This document shows, in pieces, positions 16,001-24,600 of a stretch of DNA of 26,018 nucleotides. The translations under genes and the position numbers were made by a program. Source of the stretch: a virus (taxonomy: Duplodnaviria; Caudoviricetes); IMG/VR virus record IMGVR_UViG_3300006024_000023, positions 1-26,018 of that record; one strand, given 5' to 3'. Each line of letters begins with the position of its first letter. Position 1 is the first letter of the stretch. The notes under the pieces were generated by a model. It was not told the DNA's origin and did no database searches. It saw only the letters and a program-made list of their open reading frames with translations.

Positions 16001-16057
16001 AACTCCATTGGTACAAGTCTGTCCATATACGTAGTAGTGACCGTCTTGAAATGCCAT
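13013..16057 (-). CDS. virion structural / adhesin-like protein with DDGSC repeats, Ig-like domains, a vWA-like domain and an internal duplication (1014 aa)
   Basis: Two GCTxPxAxNYxPxAxxDDGSC repeats; Ig-like strands (VTLAW, TTYTLNATGPEG); MIDAS-like WIDISGSM; aa ~179-436 is homologous to aa ~754-1014. Confidence 0.85.
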   Translation of the reverse strand: MAFQDGHYYVYGQTCTNGVPGDPTSSDRFWFPGGTSSDPSRPITWVFNEISYWYDQFFGRYAEEGGANYWYDGFTAASNNFVDGGNGASSSYTTSLYIFIYNGGATERQLVATNGRHTGMATGNCPIFGCTNPQATNYNPNADTDDGSCILPTGCTDPLANNYDPGATIDDGSCTYNAPQIVFNASPSTIINGQQSTVSWYCVNPTTSFGFTSGTISSTNQTGNQIVVPSDTSTYCAQAFGPGGGSGTTCVTVTVLQPPTCSLTLPGFGTVMYGDSTYTIGYETIYATNAIQITPTYNYLDGSQVVGTTVNISPATSSELGDPASSTERNGTVDISMPWNNYGPESVAVSLNVSGTTTTSDSGNFDTVIDREPDNFSIPESIDKFVDEDPVISPETEVLSEKILIDDIDIPVEIIANYPVLVDKNSQDVWQGVRQIGTTAGGNSTFDENEGIVSSDSNHSIMRKVAAADDPNPEFQFNGSNEFSREVFYSDDPNEEPPLIAKISNAQLAQLVNCISLIDEVSPSVQTMFNDWASFRSNFPFRTFWLLQAVLQSNGGVRYPLSRLKMPSNYLSDPYANGGIQVRRDDGDVNFTSSWFDICNLANVPEGTYVSLWIDISGSMVYATIQASYDEFVADCNANGVNIILETSNSGERWIPGHNKTLPPSANFKIIAPNGSAVETLEIQSGQSVTLAWIVFGDVNNIVVAPGIINTNDSNFFYAQTTVNPVSDTTYTLNATGPEGTVTLTVSVTVFSPPTFFLSANPSSSIVVGQCTNIEWYFTGDADTLVWTQGTITNGNLTSQQNVCPGDTTTYCGYVTGTAGDSPTECITINVSQFPTCSIDSPVSINYGNDNFDIEYETKYATTSIQITPTYYYLDGSNTVGSVVVLNPATSSELGGTQGQTDRDGVIDWSTVGVPWNNFGPNSISWTIQVQGAGGTTSDSTTTGVIIDRRPDNFIIPPSDDKVRDEEPVESPDTTVLSELILVDGIDIPVEVKANYPIQVDKNLEDNWNGVREI
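15536..15673 (-). repeat. two tandem DDGSC peptide repeats
   Basis: GCTNPQATNYNPNADTDDGSC and GCTDPLANNYDPGATIDDGSC. Confidence 0.9.
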
Positions 16058-16381
16058 TTAGAATTCTACTGTACGAGTGACTAGTTTGGGTATGTCTGAT
16101 GGTTCATTAGGTATACCCACAAGAGCATAATGAATTTCTTTTAATTTCTTTGGATGACGATGAGTGAATTTACCTTTAGATCTATTTTCACCCTTAAAGT
16201 ATTCCTCTTCAACCCACTTATAATCATTATCAGCAGTTAAAAGGATCTGCAACTGCAAATCTTGATCTGGTTCTCTCTGTTTATATTCTAATTCAACAAC
16301 ACAATTACTCTCATCTGCATAAACAAATTCTAAAGATAATGGTGGTATTGGATCGAAAGATTGTTGAGATGGTTTATTCAT
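16058..16381 (-). CDS. hypothetical protein (107 aa)
   Basis: ORF fills the gap between two structural genes almost exactly (4-nt and 0-nt spacers). Confidence 0.75.
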   Translation of the reverse strand: MNKPSQQSFDPIPPLSLEFVYADESNCVVELEYKQREPDQDLQLQILLTADNDYKWVEEEYFKGENRSKGKFTHRHPKKLKEIHYALVGIPNEPSDIPKLVTRTVEF

Positions 16382-16385
16382 GTTA

Positions 16386-17273
16386 TTATATCTTAATTAG
16401 ATATTCTACAAGGGTGAATGGTGTTACAAGTTGATCTAATTTTTCATCATTAGAAATATCAACGTCAACATATGCTTCTACTCCAGTCATATCAACATCT
16501 TTTTGATCATATGAATATACAAAATTATGTGCATATGTTGTAGGTCTGGTAATACTATGTTTGTGTATAGATTCCCTACCTCCTATTGAAGTGTACTCTG
16601 CTGAGTTCTGAGCACCTGAATTAGCAGTTTGTGCATCAAGGTCTTTACCACCAGTATAACCTATTTCATGTTGACCAGTGTAATTTAGATACCTTTGGTT
16701 AGATGTATGTGCATGACCTTCAAAATTTTCAATATTTAACTCAGTTTCAGTGGTAGATCTGGCTAGATTATATCTAGGATTTCCTAGGAAAGCAAGATCA
16801 CCAGAAGGTACAATCCTCACATTACCAAGATAACTAGCAGATATTGTATCTCCAAAATTACTAATAACTTCAATCTGTGGTCCAACTCTATTAACTTTTG
16901 CCTGACCAATCAATCCAGTATCAATAAAATCATTTGAATACGCACCTGTACCTCTACCACCAGTAATTACTTTCGATCCCATATCTGGCAGTTGAAACTC
17001 ACCCAGATCTCCAGTTGATAGATCTTCATTCCTCAATTGTGTATCCTCTTTTTTAAACCTTGAATTATCACCAACACCCAACACACGTGATAATGCTAGA
17101 AAATCCTTTGCTTGAAGTTTAGATCCATCACATCTTAAATATCCTGCAGGTAATACTTGTTTAAAGTTTGCAGAACTAGGATCATTTCCTCCTGCAATTG
17201 CATCAGTAGTGTGTACAATGATACTTCCTACCATCCCACCGTATCTTCCTCTTTGATTAGTATAATTTGCCAT
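16386..17273 (-). CDS. tail collar domain protein (295 aa)
   Basis: VGSIIVH...PAGYLRCDGS...FLALSRVLG...FQLPDMGSK; HAH and HKH; ends PFTLVEYLIKI. Confidence 0.88.
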   Translation of the reverse strand: MANYTNQRGRYGGMVGSIIVHTTDAIAGGNDPSSANFKQVLPAGYLRCDGSKLQAKDFLALSRVLGVGDNSRFKKEDTQLRNEDLSTGDLGEFQLPDMGSKVITGGRGTGAYSNDFIDTGLIGQAKVNRVGPQIEVISNFGDTISASYLGNVRIVPSGDLAFLGNPRYNLARSTTETELNIENFEGHAHTSNQRYLNYTGQHEIGYTGGKDLDAQTANSGAQNSAEYTSIGGRESIHKHSITRPTTYAHNFVYSYDQKDVDMTGVEAYVDVDISNDEKLDQLVTPFTLVEYLIKI

Positions 17274-18601
17274 TAGTATGCTCTGATAATATACAAAACG
17301 GTTAATGAAGGTTGACTGGTGTTCATACTAATTTCTAATGCACCAACATTACTTACATTATCTAGTATAGTAGTGACTGGAATATTAACATCAGCAGTCA
17401 ATCTAGACTGAGGTTTTAAACTAGCTTGATCATAAAAGATAGATATTGGATCATGTGAATGTGCTTGAATATCAGTGCTTTGCCAATCTAAAGCACTACC
17501 AATATTACTTACAAATGTACCATAATTTACGCTCCATGCTCCAGCTGGATCTCCACCAGCATCAGGAGCAGGACTATAATTCCTCTGACCTACAGGAATT
17601 GTATAGTTACTTCCATATGAACCATAAGGAATAACATCACCACTCCGCATTCCACCATAAGGTCTACCAGTTCTAACCTTATCACTAATAAACTCATCTT
17701 TGTCAGTGATACTACTCTTTGTTACACCTCTTGGACCAAAATCCTGATCCGCTGGATCCTCAGATAATACTTCCATAATTGTTCTACCTGGCAAACCCGC
17801 ACCAGCACCACTATAGGAAGAAATTTGACCCCAAATAGTTGAATCTAATAACTCAATAGTTTCAGTTTCAGGAGTTGCGTTCTTATACCATCTCAAACTA
17901 AATCTTGCCTCATCAAATTCATTACTATTGAATATGTTTGGAAGATCTCTTCTATCAAAAGAAGCATAGGTATATTTCATAGTGATGTTATCATAGGGGA
18001 CAACACCAAGTCCTGGTTTAGTTGGATCCGCATTCTGTAATGTATCATAAACACCAGGATGAGCATGAGGTCTAATATGTTGATTTCCTAGTTTTCTGCC
18101 AGCAATAAAAACTAGTTTTTCACCTGTACCATCAATAATAGTATTTCCAGTAATAGAACCAGTATAACCATTTCTATCGTTAAGTGTAAACTCAACGTCA
18201 GTTCTTACATCATTAAAGACACTAGGAATACCATTATCAGTATTCTCTCCTATAAATGGTTCAATTATTGGTCTAGCATCAGGATCAGAATCAATTGGAT
18301 CACCAGTACCAGATATAGCATTAAAGTAACTACCTTCAATGTCCATCAATGTTTTACCAGCAACCAAATCAGGAAGAACAAATTGTCCAGTATATGCTGG
18401 AAATGCTCCTCCTAAATTCGATGTTCCCTGATTATAAGTATCACCAATAACTTGTACCAGCAATGGATAATCTTTTGCATCAGGTGTTGTTCCATCACAA
18501 ACAATCCACCCGTCAGGAACTTCACTAACGCCCCCTGACCAAGGCATGATTGTGCCGATAACGGCAGCTTTCATTGTTCTTGTTTCTTGGTAAAAAGGCA
18601 T
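17273..18601 (-). CDS. tail collar domain protein / short tail fibre-like (442 aa, start revised to ATG 18601)
   Basis: IGTIMPWSG...PDGWIVCDG...YPLLVQVIGDTY...FVLPDL; HAH and HSH; ends QPSLTVLYIIRAY. ATG 18601 lies 4 nt after the upstream stop. Confidence 0.88.
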   Translation of the reverse strand: MPFYQETRTMKAAVIGTIMPWSGGVSEVPDGWIVCDGTTPDAKDYPLLVQVIGDTYNQGTSNLGGAFPAYTGQFVLPDLVAGKTLMDIEGSYFNAISGTGDPIDSDPDARPIIEPFIGENTDNGIPSVFNDVRTDVEFTLNDRNGYTGSITGNTIIDGTGEKLVFIAGRKLGNQHIRPHAHPGVYDTLQNADPTKPGLGVVPYDNITMKYTYASFDRRDLPNIFNSNEFDEARFSLRWYKNATPETETIELLDSTIWGQISSYSGAGAGLPGRTIMEVLSEDPADQDFGPRGVTKSSITDKDEFISDKVRTGRPYGGMRSGDVIPYGSYGSNYTIPVGQRNYSPAPDAGGDPAGAWSVNYGTFVSNIGSALDWQSTDIQAHSHDPISIFYDQASLKPQSRLTADVNIPVTTILDNVSNVGALEISMNTSQPSLTVLYIIRAY

Positions 18602-18605
18602 TTTC

Positions 18606-21600
18606 TTATACGTCTGTGAGATACCAACCAACTAAGGATGATGGTGCGCCAGGCCCTCCGTCTGGTGTGGCATTACCAGCATAAACGAGACTGAACGCTG
18701 CGTTTGGAGTCTGTACAACTAGTTCACCACCAGCTTCATATCCAACAAAGGTTGATGGTGCAATACCTGGAAGAACAGTAGTTCCAGTATTAGATGATTC
18801 ACCTTGCACCTTAACATTATCAGGTGCTCTAACAACCATACTTAAGTTGTATGATAGACTACCACTAATATCTATAATGCGAATCATATCACCCATTTCA
18901 GGTGCTGCAGGAAGTTTGATTAGAGTATTACCAGTACAGTTAACAAAGTAGTTAACATTTGCTTCAGCAAGGAATGATTCTGCCTCATAGAGCCACTTAC
19001 GTGCTCCAGTCTGGGAGAAGTAATTCTCAATTCCAGCAATCTTAACTGCACCATTGTTATCAATACCGAAGATTTCATCACCTGCAGTTGCATATGAAGT
19101 GTTCTCTCCAGCATATACTGTGAGATCTCCACCACGAATAAATGCATCACCAGTAACATCAATATCACCACCAAATGTAGATGTTCCTGTTCCAAGAGCA
19201 GAGAACGAACCATAAGTGGTAAAGTCACCAGATGAATTATTAAAGGTCAATCTTGGTGTAGTTTCATCAGTTCCGAAGATATTAATGTCACCACCGTTGA
19301 TCGTTAGATCACCAGATGCAGTATCAACTTCTAGAGTTGTTCTTAATGGGATGCCAGTTGCACCACCATTTGTTAATCTAAACCACTGCTGACCTTCGAT
19401 GGTAGAACCATTAACAGTAAAGGTATCCTCAACAGTGAGTGTTCCAGCAATAGCAGTATTACCACTATTGGAATCCATGGTGAATTTATTAAATCCAGAA
19501 CCAGCAGTAATATTACCAAAGATCTGAGTATTACCAGTTGTAGACTCAACATTGAATACAATAGCAGCAGGATCACCACCATCATTAACCTGTAAAGACT
19601 GTGGTGAAGTGCTAATTAGTTGCTCAATAGAACAGAATTCAAGTCCTGATAATCTAAAGTAGTCTTGTGTAGTAATAGTACCACCAAATTCTGCAACACC
19701 AATGTTAACATTAGCAGGGTCAGAACCAATACCAGTTAGAGGTTCATCTAATACACCGTTACCATCAAGGTCAGAACCAGTAATATATGAAGAATTAGAC
19801 TGCTTATCAAGTTTTGCTATGACACAGCTATCAGGGTGATCAGTAGCAGATGTAGTTCCATCAACTCCTCTTGTAACAATCAATCTGAAACCTTGTGGGT
19901 CATTAGGGTTACTAATGTTATCAATACCAACAACCTGAACAATTTCAGATTTAGATTCATCAGATGTGTAACCTGCAATAGGTTGACCAGTAGCATCTTG
20001 AGGACCAACCTGTCTATCAATTAAGAGAAGATCACCAAGTTGGAAATCATTAACAGATGGTGTAGTAATTGGTAGGTAGTAATTGTTACCTGCTTGGTTA
20101 ACACCATTGACTTGGAAGGTAAGGTCTCCACCGCCACCGCCACCTAATTGGGCGTCAGTGATAGTTAGAGTCTCATTGTCTGCATATCCTTCACCACCAG
20201 ACTCAATCGTAACGTCGATTGTAAAGTCAAAGCGGATAAGAATTGTAAATGCTGCACCAGCACCATTCAATGATCCAGTTGCATCAAGGAATTGATATAT
20301 GCCAGGTGTTCTTAAAGTAGAACCATTATTAACAATGTTATCAACAGATGCAATCTGACCACCACCTTGTAAGAATAGAGTTGAACCCCATGGTGCAACA
20401 CCAGCAGTATCAATTCTTCTACCAGTTGATTCATATTTGTAGAAATCAATATTTGGATTCTCTAAACCACCAATTTGATGTCCAATAGTTGATGTACCAA
20501 ACTTACCTCTTCCTATCTCAACAATACCAGCATTTAGACCACCGTCTAGTCTGATATTACCTTCAACGATTGTAGATGCAAGAACATTCAGAGTATTTCT
20601 GATTGTAGTATTACCACCAGTTGAACCTAATGTAAATTGAGTTGCATTTGTTGCGAGGTTAACAGTGTTAGTGGATGAACCATCAAATGCATTAACTTCT
20701 CTCGTTTGAGAGAATATTCTAGATGAACTTGTACCAGCTCCATAACCGTACCCAAATTCAAATTGTCCAGCAACACCAGTGTAGAATGTACCAATCTTAG
20801 TGTTTGACTTACCAGGTGAGCTAGTTGCGAAACCACCACCAAGTGTAATTTCACACTCTGAAGTAAATGACTCAGCAACAGTACCAATTACTGACTTAAA
20901 CTTAGTGGTATTTCTCGCAAAATACAGATTAGTAGTTGCTGCAGCTTCATTGATCAACCATGTTGAGGTTGGTGAAGATCCACCTATTGTATATGTCTGA
21001 GGAGAGGTCGAATTGTTCATCAGAGTCAATATCTGACCATCACCTGCCCAGTTCAGGATGTTTGCATTACTATTAACGAAGTTGAATGCAGTGTTAGTAG
21101 TAGTAATATCTCCACCATTAACTTCAATGTCAGTCATGAACATTGAATCGCCAGTGAATCTAGAATTACCAACAACAACGAAGTTTCTATCTAATTCATT
21201 CTGTGGGTTAACAGTATCCTCTATTTTAGTATTAACACCAACACGACCAGCGTTAGTGGTCATGACACGTAAAGTTGCACTATCATCAGGATCAGTGCTA
21301 TCGCCACCAACCAAGAATGCGTTATCTTCAGCAGTCTCAGTCTTATTGATAGTTGTATCTGCTAGGTAACTATTAATAGTCTTACCACTAACAAATGCAG
21401 TACCAACAACATCTAAGTTTGCTCTAGGTGTTGCCTCATCACTAGTAAATGCCTTAAGAGCAGATGGATGTTCAGTTCTTGCAACAGTGTTAACACCAAG
21501 TTTGTAATCACCAATAGTTTCAGTTTCAGTTCTAAGTGCTTCAGCACCAAGTACACCATACTCTTTCCAATTGGAGTTAGAATACTCAACTATAGGAACT

Positions 21601-24600
21601 GGATTTCCATTTGACTGAGCAGTATCAATTACACCACCAGGACCATTCCAAGATAGAACATCAATACCAATACCATTATTAACTTGGAAGTGAACATAGT
21701 TATTGGAAGAATCGAATGCATCACCATTAGGAGAGTATATTAACCATGAAGAATTCAATAATGGATTACTGAAATTAGTTAATTTAATCTGTGATACATC
21801 ACTAATACCAATCGAAGCGTTAGAAATATTATTTCCTTGTGCATCCTTGAATGTAAATTTAACTACGTTAGTACCATCAAACTCAATCGTAAAGATATTG
21901 TTTGCAGGTATTTCATTAAAGTAGTTAGCATATATCCAACCAAGTGAACCAGTCTTACCAACTTCTAGACCCTTAAGTAGAATGTCACCTGATTTTGGTT
22001 GAACACTACCATAGTCTACTCTCTGATTAGCTTCTACTCTGTTTCCACCAAGATTAATACCTGTATTAGGATCAATATTGACAAGATCATTTTGGTTAGG
22101 TGTAATATTAGAAGGCAGACCAGAGCTCGTATGTGTCTGAATCTGATACTTCTGACCCTTACCTCTAGAATTGAATCCAAATACTGCAGCATCTACTCTG
22201 TTCTTACTGATACGAATATCACCATCTAAAGGATTACCAGGTCCAGTCCATGCAGTTCTGTCTAGTCCTTCATCTTGTTGTAAGTTAGTTACAGGATCAA
22301 CAGATGATACATTAGATCTAATAATTAATGCATCTCTAGACTGAGTTAGATCATTATCCTGAACAGATACAACTAAAGGAGACTGGAATACGTTCTGAAG
22401 TGATCCATCACCACCAACAACTGTAATATTCTCATTGAATGTTACAGGGGTATCAAATGATGTAACTAGATCACCGATATCCTCATTATCATCATCACTA
22501 TCCTTAAGAACTGCTGCCTCTAAGAATGTTTCTTGACCAGTAATAGCATTAATCTTTCTATTACCGATATAAAGATCTCCATTAGAGTTTAGACCCGTGT
22601 AGAAGACGATACCAGCGTTCTGTTTCTTACTTTGGGCGTAGAAGTCCTCTGTAGGACTTAGAACAATCTCCTGACGTGCTGGAAGACCAGTTGAATAGTT
22701 ACCTGGACCAAAACCAAGATATTCAAATGTGTGGTTACCAGCTCTTGCGATAGATGGTCGTCTAAGTTCAACATAATACTTCTGATCTACAAGAACTGTG
22801 CTATCACCAGAAATCGGTATTCTACGATCTTCAGATCCTGAAGTTGCATTACCAGGAAGTGCTCTAATAGCAGTTGTGCCCTCATAATCATTTTCAATAA
22901 ATGCTGGTTGTATAATAAAGTCTTCGACAAGTTCTCTTGTTACAGAGTTCTTGTAATCGTTAGTTCTAACTAGACCATGAGTATAGTTATCAGCAGCAGA
23001 ATATGTTGCTGGTGGATCAATTAATTGTTGTTTAACATTCTTCTCTTCTGCAGTTGTACCTGCCTTTTGGAACCAAAGAGGATCGTTCTTATAGTTCAGA
23101 GGATAGAGACTGCTAACTGGTTGAGAGAACTGGAAGTCACGGAAGTTACCACCTGCACCAGCACCTTGAGGTAATGGTGAAATGTTACCACGCAGACAAG
23201 ATAGGTAGTAAATACCATCTTGCTGACCTGAAATTCTCTTCTGTAGTGTCTCGTAGTTAAAGATGTAGAATGTATCTTCGATAATACCAGTATCTTCAAC
23301 ACTAGCAACATAATATTCAACACCTGCACTATCCTGAATCCTATCACCAGGAGTAATGGTGTAAACATTAGAACCATTTTGTCTATAATAATACTCAGGA
23401 TATCCCTTCTTAATAAGAGTCTTGAGTGGTAGGGATTTACCCATATCCTGATCCTCAAGCATATCAGCAAATGTGCTACCTTGAGTAAATCTAGTGTTAT
23501 AAAACTCTGAGAACTCTAATTTTCCGCCGCGAATATTTTTCAGAATTAGGTAATGTGAACCCGCATTTTCGTAATACCCATGGATATTTGCAATACCTGA
23601 AGAGTTACCAGTCCATTCGACCTGGTTAGCAGTGATACTAGCAGTCTTATTGACTACCCAATCACCGCCTTGTGGTGCATTAATCTGAACTGTAGTAAAC
23701 TGCTCATTCTTAAGACCAGGGAAGTTCTTAATATCAACTGTGTGATCAACCAGATCAAGTTCTAGATAACTAATAGTTTGAACTAATGGATCTTGTACAT
23801 AACGAGCAGATTGAATGGTTGCTTGAATACCAGAATTGAATCTGGCATATGCCTTGTACTCAATACCTTGTCCAGTGGTATCATTCTTATAAGGATCATA
23901 TGCATCTTCTTCATTTAATCCATTACCAAGGAATTGATTTGAATTGTAACCAATGTATTCACCAGCTTGTACTGGGTTCTCAAAACGAGCACCATATACT
24001 TCACCAGCAACAGGTTTTAGTAGAACTTTCTGTGGTACTAACTTACGTGTATCGTCAGTTCTTGTCTTGATAACAAATCCATTGATAGGATCTCTTGCGT
24101 TCTCAAGATAAGAAGGAATAACATAACGTAGTTTATATGTTCTGTCATCTGCAGGACGACTATCATCGAGACGTGTGAACCATGTATCAGTAGTCTTAGG
24201 TCTATCAGAGTAATCGTCTTGTTTTATTCTCCAAATAATATTTTTCTTCCTAATTCCTACTGAAATATTTGTTGATGCTTCATCAACACAATTAACATAC
24301 CACTTACCTTCAGTAGCAATACCAACACTAAATGTTGGGTCATACTTTACAGGTGAACGACGTTTGTTACAGAATACATTAAATTCATCAGTTTGTCCAG
24401 CAGTAAATTGAATAGGATCAGCATTGTTGATCGCATCAGCATGTGTCTTATGAATTGTAAAGACTCTAGCAGTTTGATAACGTGCATAGAATTCCTTAAC
24501 TGGATTCAATCTACCAAAGTTATCATCATTAATATCAGTGGTAGTAACTTCTGGATTATCATCTTCTTGCTCACCTATAGTTGGTAGATCATCTGGTGCA

